In this document: positions 54,076 through 63,824 of the stretch, one piece after another
Numbering within the stretch: the first letter of the stretch is position 1
Layout: every line of letters begins with the position of its first letter
From: a virus
Strand: one strand, 5' to 3'
Length of the DNA stretch: 64,000 nucleotides
IMG/VR virus record: IMGVR_UViG_3300020156_000024
The notes under the pieces: generated by a model
Database searches by the model: none
What the model was told of the DNA's origin: nothing
What the model saw: only the letters and a program-made list of their open reading frames with translations
Made by a program: the position numbers and the translations under genes

Positions 54076-54531
54076 CTATTCGGTGAGGAGCGCGGACGTG
54101 CGCCGCGCCAAGATCTCGTAGTTGTCGGACCGCTCGTGCCGCTGATTCGCGTCGATACCCATGGGGGTCCCGGTCAGGTGGTTGATGCCGGAGACGGTGA
54201 CCGCGCCGAACTGGACGGCGTCGAGGCCTTCGAGTGCCAAGCGGACGGCGTCCTTGATGGCGATGGCGGACAGCGGGTCGTTGCGGAGCCCGCGGCAGCG
54301 GACCTGGAGGCGCATGGAGGTGTCGCCGCCGGTGGTGCCGCCGTTCGGGTCGTAGTCGGTGAGCACGATCGCCCGGTCATGGCTCGAACTCGTGGTGGAC
54401 CCGGGCGGCATGACCGCGATGTAGATCCCGGTCTGCCCCGACGCGTACACGCCCGTGGGAGTCCAGGTGCCGACGCCCTCAGCGTGGAGGTGCTCGGCGA
54501 TGCCGATGAGAAGGTCCGAGGTCCAGCTCAT
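54076..54531 (-). CDS. Tail terminator / minor capsid-type connector
   Basis: MSWTSDLLIGIAEHL...LQVRCRG...GIDANQRHERSDNY. Confidence 0.78.
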   Translation of the reverse strand: MSWTSDLLIGIAEHLHAEGVGTWTPTGVYASGQTGIYIAVMPPGSTTSSSHDRAIVLTDYDPNGGTTGGDTSMRLQVRCRGLRNDPLSAIAIKDAVRLALEGLDAVQFGAVTVSGINHLTGTPMGIDANQRHERSDNYEILARRTSALLTE

Positions 54532-54872
54532 CGCAGGCTCCGGCGGATCTGCGCGGCGATGATGCCGTTCATGACCTCGGCCTCGGCGACGTACGGCGTT
54601 TCGAGGTACTTGGCCTGGCGGCCGGGGTCGTGCCGCCAGGTCAGCTCCTCGTGCTGCCGGACGGCGTAGACGGTGTCGTAGGAGACCGCGGCCTGCCCCG
54701 CCGATTCGTCCACGCTCGCGACGCCGGAGCGCTCCAAGGTGGCCTCCTCGATGGGGACGATCCGCTGGGACTCGGCGAGGAGGTGTTCGGCGGCGAGCCG
54801 CAGGCCCCTGTTGCGGCCGGCGCGCTCGCGCTTCTTGACCTCGTCGCCGTTCCAGGTGAACCGGACGCCCAT
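54528..54872 (-). CDS. Neck protein (HK97 gp10-like)
   Basis: VPIEEATLERSG...YDTVYAVRQHE...QAKYLE. Confidence 0.8.
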   Translation of the reverse strand: MGVRFTWNGDEVKKRERAGRNRGLRLAAEHLLAESQRIVPIEEATLERSGVASVDESAGQAAVSYDTVYAVRQHEELTWRHDPGRQAKYLETPYVAEAEVMNGIIAAQIRRSLR

Positions 54873-54882
54873 CAGGACCTCC

Positions 54883-55197
54883 TCACTCGCAAGCGATCTC
54901 GAGGTGGGAGGGGACCGGGAGGGTGCCGCCGTCATGGTCGGAGACGACGATGACGAGCGGCTGCCTGCCCGAAGGGAGGGTGATCCGGGAGCGGTTCGGG
55001 ATCGTGGGCCCGCGGTTGGCGTAGACGGTGGTCTCCGAGATGACCTCGGAGCCGTCGGCGTCGCGGACGAGGCGGCGCTTGTCCTCCACGAAGCACGCCA
55101 TGGTGAACGGTGTCCCCCAGATGTCCCCGTACGCCCCCGAGCCCGACCAGGGTTCGACGGTGACGGTGTGGACGAGCAGCAGCTCAGGGAGGTCCAC
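54883..55197 (-). CDS. Head-to-tail stopper
   Basis: HTVTVEP..GSGAYGD...RRLVRDADG.EVISET; TAGTG coupling. Confidence 0.78.
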   Translation of the reverse strand: MDLPELLLVHTVTVEPWSGSGAYGDIWGTPFTMACFVEDKRRLVRDADGSEVISETTVYANRGPTIPNRSRITLPSGRQPLVIVVSDHDGGTLPVPSHLEIACE

Positions 55198-55601
55198 TAC
55201 GGCACCCACGGCTCGGTCGGTATGAGCCCGGCCCGTTGCAGGATCGAGTACGCCTCGGACGAGTACTTGCCCGGCGAAGCAGTGCCGCCGCCAGTGGACT
55301 GGCCGCGGGAGAGCCTGGCTGAGCCGATGCCCACCGACGCCCACTGCCGTGGTGCGCCCGTCGAGCTCGCGTCGCCGATGGCCCGCTGGTAGTCCGCCTG
55401 CGCGCAGGTGGCCTCCATGAGCGCCTCGATGACGTCCGCTTCGGTCGGTGCCCCGTCGTCGTCGGTGTCGTAGTAGGCGGTGATGAGCAGCTCGTCGACG
55501 CGGCCCGACGCCGCCCGCAGAGCCCGAGCGGACCCTGCGGGGGCGGCGGTGCCGAGCCATGTGGCGTACTCGGCTTCGGTGGCGTAGACGGGCTGCGCCA
55601 T
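55197..55601 (-). CDS. Head-to-tail adaptor
   Basis: YATEAEY...LRAAS..VD...ATCAQA...SVGIGS. Confidence 0.8.
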   Translation of the reverse strand: MAQPVYATEAEYATWLGTAAPAGSARALRAASGRVDELLITAYYDTDDDGAPTEADVIEALMEATCAQADYQRAIGDASSTGAPRQWASVGIGSARLSRGQSTGGGTASPGKYSSEAYSILQRAGLIPTEPWVP

Positions 55602-55604
55602 CGC

Positions 55605-55895
55605 CTACTCCTCGTCGCTCTCGTCGGCCGCGGGGGCGTCGGGGAGCTCCTGGAGTTCGTCCTTCGTCGCGGCTTCCGCGTCATCGGGAGTGAACCCGTG
55701 GACGCGGACCGCCCAGCCGACCCACAGCGCCTTGGCCGCGTTCTTCGCGGGCCGGGCGACACTGTCGGAGGCTTCGGGCTCCTCGTCGACCATGCGCAGG
55801 TGGCCGGAGGTGACGCGCTTGGCGATGTCCTCGGGGAGCGGCAGGTCGAACGTCCAGACGACGCCGCCCTCCCCGCGGATCTTCACGGCGCCCAT
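55605..55895 (-). CDS. Small head-associated protein (HeH/Rho-N-like C-terminus)
   Basis: RPAKNAAKALWVGWAV...ATKDEL. Confidence 0.65.
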   Translation of the reverse strand: MGAVKIRGEGGVVWTFDLPLPEDIAKRVTSGHLRMVDEEPEASDSVARPAKNAAKALWVGWAVRVHGFTPDDAEAATKDELQELPDAPAADESDEE

Positions 55896-56263
55896 CAGGT
55901 GTTCCTCGGGACTCGCAGGGCCGTGATCGTGCCGTCGACGGTCTCGGCCTCGATGAGCATCGACCCGTCGGACTGGACGAACCGGCCCGACTCGAAGGGG
56001 CCGATGAACTGGACACCGGTGGTCGCGGCGACGGTGACGACAAGGTCGCCCTGACCTGCGGCGAGCGCGGGCGGGTTGTCGCCGGCCTTGATGGTGATGT
56101 CCTGCTCGGCACCGGTGTTGACGACCCGGAGCACGGTGAGCTCGGGGACGGCGTTGACGATGCGCAGGTTGTTGGTCGGGGCGACGACGAGCGTGGTCCC
56201 GGCCGGCTGCGCGAGGTTCCCGTTCGGGACCAGGTTGCTGTAGGCGACGTCAGTGGTTGCCAT
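55895..56263 (-). CDS. Head-associated structural protein
   Basis: Directly after capsid; beta-rich; GPFESGRFVQSDG. Confidence 0.7.
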   Translation of the reverse strand: MATTDVAYSNLVPNGNLAQPAGTTLVVAPTNNLRIVNAVPELTVLRVVNTGAEQDITIKAGDNPPALAAGQGDLVVTVAATTGVQFIGPFESGRFVQSDGSMLIEAETVDGTITALRVPRNT

Positions 56264-56275
56264 CGGTCAGTCCTC

Positions 56276-57118
56276 CTAGGTCTGCGACGCGGTGACGACC
56301 GCGATGTGGTCGGGACGGACGAGCTTGGCGCCGTACACGGACAGGCCCTTGACGGCGTCCGAGAACGACGACTCGGGCCGGTAGGCCTCGGTCTGGTTGA
56401 TCTGCGCCGCGAACGAGATGGCCTCAGCGACACCGGCCTGCACGACGTAGTCGTCACCGGTCGGGTTCGGGGCCTGGTTGGTCTGGAGCAGGTCGAAGCC
56501 CAGGACGCGGCCGACGGAGCCGTTGCGCAGCGCCTCGGTGGAGCCCGATGCGGAGGCGTCGAGGAACTTGGTCTCCTCGAGCAGCAGCGAGTAGTACCAG
56601 GGCGGGGCGGCGAGGTAGCGGCCCTCTTCGGTGATGTCCGCTTCGTCGAGCGCGAGCTTGAGCTTGCGGATCTGCGTGTACGCGAGGGCACCCGTGGTCA
56701 CCGAGACGGTGCCGAGGTTGTTCGCGGCGACCACGCCCGTGTACAGGTTCGCGACGAACGTGTCGGCGACCTTCGCGAGCTGGTAGGCGGCGCGGCGCAT
56801 GGCCGTGGACATGACGTCGCCCTTGGCCTGTCGCTTGTCGACGTCGTCGACCTTGAACGCGAAGTACTTGAGCTGGTCGATGACCAGCGTGCGCTGCGCG
56901 TCGGTCAGCTCCTCAGGCGTGATCGAGGTCGAGTTCGGGACGTAGTCGGCGACGGTCGGGTCGCCGATGGAGGTGATGCGGACGGTGTCGCCGGCGTTCT
57001 CGATCTCGCCCTCGTAGTCGCGGTTCACGACACCCGGCTGGGCGTACACGAGTCGCGTTTCGAGAGCGTCGAGAAGGACCGCCGACCAGATTTCCGGGAT
57101 AAACCGGTTGATGGACAT
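56276..57118 (-). CDS. Major capsid protein
   Basis: MSINRFIPEIWSA, NRDYEGEI..AGDTVRI, DAVKGL.VYGAK. Confidence 0.92.
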   Translation of the reverse strand: MSINRFIPEIWSAVLLDALETRLVYAQPGVVNRDYEGEIENAGDTVRITSIGDPTVADYVPNSTSITPEELTDAQRTLVIDQLKYFAFKVDDVDKRQAKGDVMSTAMRRAAYQLAKVADTFVANLYTGVVAANNLGTVSVTTGALAYTQIRKLKLALDEADITEEGRYLAAPPWYYSLLLEETKFLDASASGSTEALRNGSVGRVLGFDLLQTNQAPNPTGDDYVVQAGVAEAISFAAQINQTEAYRPESSFSDAVKGLSVYGAKLVRPDHIAVVTASQT

Positions 57119-57128
57119 TGGTGTTCCT

Positions 57129-57686
57129 CTACATCAGGTGTGACAGTCGGCCTTCGCGCTGCGCTTTCGCAATGTCTGCGGGCGTCATGGAGGCGAGCTG
57201 TTCGCGGGTGATTCGTCCGGCCCCGTTGCCGCCGTCGAAGTCGGCGCCGTTGCGCTTGGCCGAGGGCATCGACTTCGCGAAGTCGGCCACGGCGGCCTTG
57301 ATCGCGTTGTCGTCCACTTCCCCGTCCTCGCCGACGAACATGTCGGCCTTGAGGTACTTGGAGATGGAGGAGAGGTCGACGCCCTTGGCGGATGCGGCGG
57401 CCTTGAGTTCAGCGGCGGCGAGCTTCGACCCGTAGGTCTTGGCGGCCTCGCTGAGCCCGGCGGCCTTCGCCTCGGCGACGGCTTTCTCCTGCTCGGTCAT
57501 GGCGGACTGCTTGAGCTTGTCGCGCTCTTCGGCGGCTTTCGAGTTCTCCTTCGCGAGCTTCTCCCACTTGCGGGCCATCGCCTTCCAGTCGGTCTCCTCG
57601 GCCTTGGGGGCGTCGGGTTCCGGCTGCGGCTCGGGCTGCTGTGCGGGTTCGGCGGGCGTCGGGTTCTCAGTGACGTTGTCGGACAT
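57129..57686 (-). CDS. Scaffolding protein
   Basis: DWKAMARKWEK, MTEQEKAVAEAK; precedes capsid. Confidence 0.85.
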   Translation of the reverse strand: MSDNVTENPTPAEPAQQPEPQPEPDAPKAEETDWKAMARKWEKLAKENSKAAEERDKLKQSAMTEQEKAVAEAKAAGLSEAAKTYGSKLAAAELKAAASAKGVDLSSISKYLKADMFVGEDGEVDDNAIKAAVADFAKSMPSAKRNGADFDGGNGAGRITREQLASMTPADIAKAQREGRLSHLM

Positions 57687-57770
57687 GTGGTGCGCTCCCG
57701 TGCGGGATCGTGCCGTCGTCGTGCGACTCGGGCGGGTGAATGGTGGTGCAGCCTCCATGCGGAGGACGAT

Positions 57771-58958
57771 TTAGCGGGCGGTGCCGATCTGCTCGCGCTG
57801 CGGCTGGCGCTTCGCGGACGTCGTCTTGACGTGCTGGCGGATCTGGCCCTGGAGGGCGCGGACGCGTTGCGCGGCGGCCTGCCTCGCGGCGGGGTCGACG
57901 AGGGCGGCTTCGCGGAGCTTCGCTTTGCGCAGGCGCCGCTCGAGCTCCCGGAGGCGCTGGCGGTCCCCGTCCCCTTGCGGGTCCTGGGTGTGCGTGGGGG
58001 CCTTTGTAACGCCGGGGATGTAGGCGGCGAGGGAGTGCCTACAGTTCGGGTGCAGGAGCCCCGCTGTGGTGGCCTGCGCGAGCGTCCCGACGACGTTGAC
58101 GGTGATCGTGCGGTCCTCGATGCCGTGCTCGACCTCGCGCGGGCCCGCGGGGCCGGTGACGGCGAGGACTTCGCCTTCCCATGGGCGGCAGCGTTCGCAT
58201 TCCTGGGGGGCGTTGGAGACGATGACGAGGCCGATGCCGTTCTGCCGGAACCGGTCGAGCGCCCCTTCGAGGGCAGCGTGCGCGACCGTGGTGCGGGTGG
58301 CCATCTCCACATACGAGGCGAGGTCCCAGTTGCGGCCGCGCTTGTCGGTGAACCCCGAGACGCCCCGTGCGAGCAGGTGCTCCCACGCGACCTGCGCAGC
58401 CCGTAGGCGGGTCTTGGTTCCCAGGAGGACGTCAGCGGCAGGCTGGGCCATGACGTCCCGGTAGGCGTCCTGCTGCCAGCGCAGGACGTTCAGGTGCGTG
58501 CTGCTCATCCGCTGGGTGAGCTCCTGCGCGAGGGCGGTGAGCGCGTCGATGCCGGGCAGGTCTGCTCGGAGCTGCGCCACCGCTTCGGCCAGGCGTGCAT
58601 CCCTGCGCTGCGAGTAGCCGGTCAGCCAGGCGATCGCGCGGACGATGCGGGAGCGACGGGCGAGCCAGTCGGCCCACCGGTCGCCTTCGATGCGGGCCAT
58701 CTCGTCAACGGCCGCGCTGGCGCCCTTCGCGTATGCCTCCATGAGGGCACGCTCGGCAAGGAGGCGCGACGGGCCTTGGAGGGCGGCGAGGACGCTTTCG
58801 GCTTGGCGGCGGAGCGTCGCGATCGCGGTCAGGCGGTCGTTCGTGATGTCGGTGCGGACCTGGCGCGCGAGATTCGCGGCGAGACGGGTCTCGGCGTCCC
58901 TGTACAGGTCGGCGAGATTTTGGGCCAGGCCTTCGGCGAGGGAGCGGTCGACGGGCAT
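57771..58958 (-). CDS. Phage minor capsid protein (Phage_min_cap2-like)
   Basis: DKRGRNW.LASYVEMATRT, ECERCRPWEG, LLHPNCRH. Confidence 0.9.
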   Translation of the reverse strand: MPVDRSLAEGLAQNLADLYRDAETRLAANLARQVRTDITNDRLTAIATLRRQAESVLAALQGPSRLLAERALMEAYAKGASAAVDEMARIEGDRWADWLARRSRIVRAIAWLTGYSQRRDARLAEAVAQLRADLPGIDALTALAQELTQRMSSTHLNVLRWQQDAYRDVMAQPAADVLLGTKTRLRAAQVAWEHLLARGVSGFTDKRGRNWDLASYVEMATRTTVAHAALEGALDRFRQNGIGLVIVSNAPQECERCRPWEGEVLAVTGPAGPREVEHGIEDRTITVNVVGTLAQATTAGLLHPNCRHSLAAYIPGVTKAPTHTQDPQGDGDRQRLRELERRLRKAKLREAALVDPAARQAAAQRVRALQGQIRQHVKTTSAKRQPQREQIGTAR

Positions 58959-60565
58959 TACGCCTCGCCTTCAGGCCCTTCGGGCTCTTCCTCAGGGGGT
59001 ACCTTCTGGTCGGTGCCCTCTGCGCCGAAGGAGCCGCCGGTGAAGGAGCCAGGGTCTTCGGCCGCGCCGACCTGGTTCTCCTCCTTGATGAGCTTGACCT
59101 CTTCGTCGACAGCTTCCTGCTCCCAGTCCGGGTGCAGCTCTTTGACCTTCGTCTCGATCGACGCGGCCTTCGCCGACTCCCAGTTGAGGACCTTCTCCGA
59201 CTCCATCTTCGGGTCGGGGGCGACAGCGTCAGGCCATTCGAGGACGACCTTCACGCCCGCGTGCCCGGCCATCTCGAGGAGGGTCGTGAGCGTCGCGGAC
59301 AGCTCGGGGTCCCAGTAGCAGATCTTGCGGGCCCGCGTGGTGAGCGAGCGGCGAGCCTTCGCAGCCACTTCGGTAGCAGTGATCGCGACGTCGCCTTCCA
59401 AGCCGAACGTCTGCGGGGAATATCCGGCCGAGACGATCGCGTCGGTCTTGAGCCGGTTGATGACCGCTTCGTGCTCCTCGTAGCGGATGTCGAACTGGAC
59501 CATCTCCAGTTGCATGCCCTTGTCCTCGTCGGCCATGGCGTTGACCGGCTCGTACAGTTCCCGGTCGAGGTCGAACGAGGCGCCTTCGCCGCGGCCGTGG
59601 TCGTTCATGTAGGAGCGGGGGACGACGAGTCGGGCCTTGCCGAGGTCCACATCGCGCATGAGCGAGGAGTAGGCGAGGTCGAGCGCGTCCATGAGCAGCT
59701 CGACACCGGAGAAGTCGGAGACGCCGAGGTAGGCGGCTTGGGGGATGTCGCGCCAGATCCTGTTGGGCCGCATGTTGGGCACGTACCGGACGGCGAGGCG
59801 CTGGGACTTGCCCTTGACGATGTTGTTCTCGTCGACTTCGGAGGCGATGCCCGTGAGCCCGGGAAGTTCAGTGAGGGGGACGGAGATGCCGATGGTCTCG
59901 TCGGAGCCTTTGAACAGGCCGTGCTCGGTCTCGCCCTTCGAGTGGTGCTCCAGGTGGCGGAACACGTTGGAGCCTTTGCGAGCCACGACCCGCCACAGAG
60001 TGACCGCGTCGAGCTCTCCGGCCCTCCAGTAGGGGACGGCGCAGTCGGGGCCGACGACGTCGAACCACTGCTTGCGTTCGGTCTCGTCGTCCCACCGTGC
60101 CCGCAGGTACACACCAGAGAGCGCTGCGCAGGTCTCCCCGCCTTCGAGGAGCGTCGCCTGTGAGGCGTCCATGATCGCGTCCAGGACCACCTGGGCCGCC
60201 TCGACCGGCTCGCCCTTCTCGTCAACGGCCTTCGCAACGACTGGTTCAGCGAACAGCAGGTCGGCGGAAGCCGAAGCGATGTCCCCGGCGATCGGGTCGT
60301 GCAGTCTCCGGCGGGGCCGGCCATTCGTGCGCTGGCCCCAGAAGTAGCGGACGACGTTGGACACGAACCGCTTCACGCGGGCCTTGAAGCCACCAGTCTC
60401 GGAGGCGAAGAACCCGGAGGTGTCCGTCTCGGACCCGGTGTAGACCGCGGCGAGCTTGTCGGGGTCGCCTGAGTGCCAGGCCGCCCACGTCTCGATGCGG
60501 TGGAGGATCGGATCCATCCACACGGGAGGCCACTGGGCCTTGGGGTCTTCGGTTCCGGGGATCAA
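58958..60565 (-). CDS. Portal protein (SPP1/A118-like)
   Basis: ASADLLFAEP, YVPN, LMDALDLAYS, GYSPQTFG, TATEV. Confidence 0.9.
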   Translation of the reverse strand: MIPGTEDPKAQWPPVWMDPILHRIETWAAWHSGDPDKLAAVYTGSETDTSGFFASETGGFKARVKRFVSNVVRYFWGQRTNGRPRRRLHDPIAGDIASASADLLFAEPVVAKAVDEKGEPVEAAQVVLDAIMDASQATLLEGGETCAALSGVYLRARWDDETERKQWFDVVGPDCAVPYWRAGELDAVTLWRVVARKGSNVFRHLEHHSKGETEHGLFKGSDETIGISVPLTELPGLTGIASEVDENNIVKGKSQRLAVRYVPNMRPNRIWRDIPQAAYLGVSDFSGVELLMDALDLAYSSLMRDVDLGKARLVVPRSYMNDHGRGEGASFDLDRELYEPVNAMADEDKGMQLEMVQFDIRYEEHEAVINRLKTDAIVSAGYSPQTFGLEGDVAITATEVAAKARRSLTTRARKICYWDPELSATLTTLLEMAGHAGVKVVLEWPDAVAPDPKMESEKVLNWESAKAASIETKVKELHPDWEQEAVDEEVKLIKEENQVGAAEDPGSFTGGSFGAEGTDQKVPPEEEPEGPEGEA

Positions 60566-60574
60566 CGGGACCTC

Positions 60575-61855
60575 CTATGCGGCGAGTTGGAGGTCGGCGC
60601 GGAGCAGGTAGCGCCACGTGGATCGGGTGGTGTGGATGGCGTAGCGGAGCGCGTCGATGCTGTGGTCGTCGGCCTTGATGGGCTTGTCCTCGCCCTTTTC
60701 GGCGGCTTTCTCGTCCCACGAGTAGCCGGGGATTTCGTTGAGGAGCCCCGTGCAGGAGTCGTGGATCTTCAGCGCGTCGAGGGCGAGTAGCGAGGAGACG
60801 GTGCGCAGGCCGTCGACGACGGCGTTGTTGCCCTTCATGACCGGGAACTTCCGGCGTTCCATGACGGTCCGGAACGGCTTCGCGGCCGGGTCGATGATGA
60901 CCAGCTCGGGGTTGATGCCCTTGACCTGCGTGTGCGGGATCGTGACGCCTTGGAGCCAAGTCGTGATGTCGTCGGCGTAGTCCGTGTCCGCTTTCGACAC
61001 GAGCTCGTCCTTCGCTGAGAACCGGTACTCGTTGACCGCGTACAGGAGCCCGTCAACACCGAGGCCGAGCAGGACGGCAGCAAACGGGTTCGTCGAGCCG
61101 TGGTCGACGCCGGCGGCGATCCAGCGCTTGATCGGGGGAAGATCGGAGACGACGTGGCGCCGCTCGTCGAACATGTCGAAGATCGCGCCTTCAGCGAGGC
61201 ACCATTCGCCCAAGATGAAACGGCGGTACCAGAGTCCCTGGTATTCCTTCTTCAGGTCGGCGATGTACGCCTCGGGCAGGCCTGGGTTGTCGTCGATCGT
61301 GAAGTGCCAGTAGCGGAGGTTCAGTTCGCCGGCGCGGAGCAGGAACCGTTTCCGAAGCCAGTGCGCGGGCCCATCCGGGTTCGTGGTGGCGAGGAGTCTC
61401 GCACCGGGGACGGAGAGGCGGGCGAGGAGCTGGATCCAGAACGACTCGGGAACAAGTGTCGCTTCGTCGACGTACGCGATTTGGATGGTGGCGCCGCGGA
61501 TGCGTCCCTCAGCGCGGGCGTCGGAGGCGCCGATCAAGTGGATGACGCGGCCGAGGATGACCGCGGTCGTCGCGCCCCTGGTGTGGTGAATATGCCCGGC
61601 GACGAACCCGAAGAGGGCCCAGTCCTGGAGCGGGTCCAGGATGTTCCGCTCGATCGTCTGGAGCGTGCGGCCGACGATGACGATCAAGCCCTGGTCACCC
61701 GCGGTCGCCACAGCGACGAGGAACGCGATCAAGGAGGCGATGGTCTTACCGGAGCGGACCGCGCCCGTCCAGATCGAGATGCGCGCCTGCGAAGACTCCC
61801 CGATCGAACGGATCTGCTTAGGGGAGAGGAGCGCTGTCGCCGCGGTCAGATTCAT
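60575..61855 (-). CDS. terL: Terminase large subunit (PBSX-like)
   Basis: GAVRSGKT, YVDEA, TTNPDGP.HW, GVDHG.TNP, DDHSIDALRY. Confidence 0.95.
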   Translation of the reverse strand: MNLTAATALLSPKQIRSIGESSQARISIWTGAVRSGKTIASLIAFLVAVATAGDQGLIVIVGRTLQTIERNILDPLQDWALFGFVAGHIHHTRGATTAVILGRVIHLIGASDARAEGRIRGATIQIAYVDEATLVPESFWIQLLARLSVPGARLLATTNPDGPAHWLRKRFLLRAGELNLRYWHFTIDDNPGLPEAYIADLKKEYQGLWYRRFILGEWCLAEGAIFDMFDERRHVVSDLPPIKRWIAAGVDHGSTNPFAAVLLGLGVDGLLYAVNEYRFSAKDELVSKADTDYADDITTWLQGVTIPHTQVKGINPELVIIDPAAKPFRTVMERRKFPVMKGNNAVVDGLRTVSSLLALDALKIHDSCTGLLNEIPGYSWDEKAAEKGEDKPIKADDHSIDALRYAIHTTRSTWRYLLRADLQLAA

Positions 61856-62351
61856 CGGGGAGGTTCGCTGCCGCGATCTGGAAGGCGTCGCCGAGCTGCG
61901 CCATGAGCGAGCGCGCGTTCTCGGCGCCGGTGTCGTGGTCGTGCTTCAGGAGCGCGAGGTGCTTGTCGGTGGCGATGCCGATCGCCGCATACGCGTTCCG
62001 CACTTCACCCAGGGGCGGGAGCGACACGGTGATCGTGTCGAGCTTCTGCCCCACCGGAGCGGTGTGGACGTACTCGGTCCAGGCCCGTTCACGCAGCGCT
62101 TCAGCGTCGTCCAGGAGGCCTTCAGCGAGGAGCGAGCGGCGCTCTTTCAGGTCGGCGAGTCGCGCGCGCGTTGCGCTTTCAGTGCCTTCGCGCGAAAACG
62201 CGTCGACGAGGCCGGCGTCCTTCGCGATGTTGCGGACGGTCGTGTCGGAGACGCCGTGGCGGCCGGCGATCCTGCGCGTTGACAGGTTCTCGTTGGATTG
62301 GATGTCGGCGAGGATCGCGTCGCGCTTGTCGTCGGGGATGCGGGAGGGCAC
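61818..62351 (-). CDS. terS: Terminase small subunit (HTH)
   Basis: N-terminal HTH LSTRRIAGRHGVSDTTVRNI; GGAGG RBS; upstream of terL. Confidence 0.8.
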   Translation of the reverse strand: MPSRIPDDKRDAILADIQSNENLSTRRIAGRHGVSDTTVRNIAKDAGLVDAFSREGTESATRARLADLKERRSLLAEGLLDDAEALRERAWTEYVHTAPVGQKLDTITVSLPPLGEVRNAYAAIGIATDKHLALLKHDHDTGAENARSLMAQLGDAFQIAAANLPDESDRGDSAPLP

Positions 62352-62483
62352 AGTGCACCTCCCGCAAGGAACTGGGGTTGAGGGGAGGCGGGGCGCGGAC
62401 GGGCCCGTGAGGTCCCGCCCGCGTCCGTGCAGTCCCCCGATACACGAATAGGGCCGGAAAGCATGAAGCTCTCGACCCTACGA

Positions 62484-62518
62484 TTGACACCTTCTCACAC
62501 CACTCTTGTCGGTGTCAA
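62484..62518 (-). promoter_or_regulatory. Possible late promoter with 8-bp inverted repeat TTGACACC/GGTGTCAA
   Basis: Minus-strand TTGACA at 62513-62518; -10 weak (GAAGGT at N18). Confidence 0.4.
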
Positions 62519-62530
62519 GATGCCCCGGGG

Positions 62531-62767
62531 CTAAGTTTCGTGGGTCACGTTGGCCATCGCCTCTTCGAGGTCGGAGCGGAGTCGCTTGTTCTCGTTGCGG
62601 ACCTTCTCGAACTCTCCGTCCAGCATGGGGGCGAGAGCGGCGGCGAGGCGGTCGACGCCAGCCGTCCAGTGCTCGTCTCCCGGGCCGGAGAAGTGCTCGG
62701 TCGCGTGTCCGCCCGCGAACGCCCTCCAGAGCTCGAAGCGCTGCTCGTCGGTAAGGCGCTCGATCAT
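62531..62767 (-). CDS. Small hypothetical phage protein
   Basis: ATGA coupling. Confidence 0.6.
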   Translation of the reverse strand: MIERLTDEQRFELWRAFAGGHATEHFSGPGDEHWTAGVDRLAAALAPMLDGEFEKVRNENKRLRSDLEEAMANVTHET

Positions 62768-63213
62768 GTCGTGCTCCAGTTCGGATCGAAGTCGGGGTGA
62801 TCGGAGAATGGGGCGGCGAGGTCTCGGAGCTCGGGGCAGTTCTCGATGTACTCCACATTCCAGACGATGTCGGCAGAGCCGGACTCCCAGTCGCCGCACC
62901 CAACGCAGCCGAGCTCGCCACCGTACTTGGCGCGGTAGTCGTCAGCTTCCGGGGTGCAGTGTCGCGCGAGGACGCGGCGCTTGGCGGCGACCTCGCGGAG
63001 GACACGGGCAGGGTCGTGACGGGCGATGTGGTCCGCCTGCGCCTCAGTCGGTGCGCCCTCGTCGTACACGATGACGTAATCGTTGTAGTCGTCGGCGGAG
63101 TCGTCCCCGACGCGGCCGTGCCCTTCGTGCACCCAGCGGCCGGAACCGGCGGCCGTCGCAACGTCGAAGTCCTCGTCGAGGCGGGCGGCGATGAAGTCGC
63201 GGAGGGAGGTCAC
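62764..63213 (-). CDS. DUF6221-family protein
   Basis: LRDFIAARLDED...HIARHDPARVLREVAAKRRVL; homologous to 11027..11476. Confidence 0.82.
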   Translation of the reverse strand: MTSLRDFIAARLDEDFDVATAAGSGRWVHEGHGRVGDDSADDYNDYVIVYDEGAPTEAQADHIARHDPARVLREVAAKRRVLARHCTPEADDYRAKYGGELGCVGCGDWESGSADIVWNVEYIENCPELRDLAAPFSDHPDFDPNWSTT

Positions 63214-63788
63214 GAGGGGGTTCCTTCCTGGTTGACACCGAGGGCGCGAGCGGTGGCGCAGGGCCACGCGCCGTCCATTGGCTCGTCGCAGCTCATGCCA
63301 CTGGAGGAGTGGCACAGGCTCGCGCAGTGCTCGCAGTAGTTGCCGAACTCCTTGACAACGGTGCCGTCCACTTTGGTCCAGGCGAACATCACGGGCTTGT
63401 GAAGCCCCAAGGCTTCATCGATCCGCTTGGCCTGAGCGGTGTTCTCGGCCCGGAGCTTCTCCAGGTCCTGTCGGTTCCGGGCCCACACCTCGGCGGAGCG
63501 ATCAATGTGGCGCTGGAATCCGGCCATGGCATTGATTGCGGCTTCCACCGCGCCGTAGGAGCCTTTCGGTTCATCGGTGTGCTCGGTCAGCCACTCGGCG
63601 AGCCAGTCGATCTGGCGCTTGAGGCCGTCGCGGTCGCTGACGATGGCGGCGATCTCGGCGTCCTGGCTCGCGATGAACTGGTGGACGTCGCGCGCGAGCA
63701 CGACGTCTCCGGGATTCTTCCCGGCGGCGTCCCGGATTCGGTCGTTGATCGCGTCCGATCCATCGCGGTTCAACTGGGGGTCGGTCAT
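63210..63788 (-). CDS. Coiled-coil protein with C-terminal Cys motif
   Basis: LH.P...CEHCAS...WPCATARALG. Confidence 0.7.
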   Translation of the reverse strand: MTDPQLNRDGSDAINDRIRDAAGKNPGDVVLARDVHQFIASQDAEIAAIVSDRDGLKRQIDWLAEWLTEHTDEPKGSYGAVEAAINAMAGFQRHIDRSAEVWARNRQDLEKLRAENTAQAKRIDEALGLHKPVMFAWTKVDGTVVKEFGNYCEHCASLCHSSSGMSCDEPMDGAWPCATARALGVNQEGTPS

Positions 63789-63824
63789 GGCTCAATCCTA
63801 CTCTCTGCCTTGTGTTTCCGCTGT

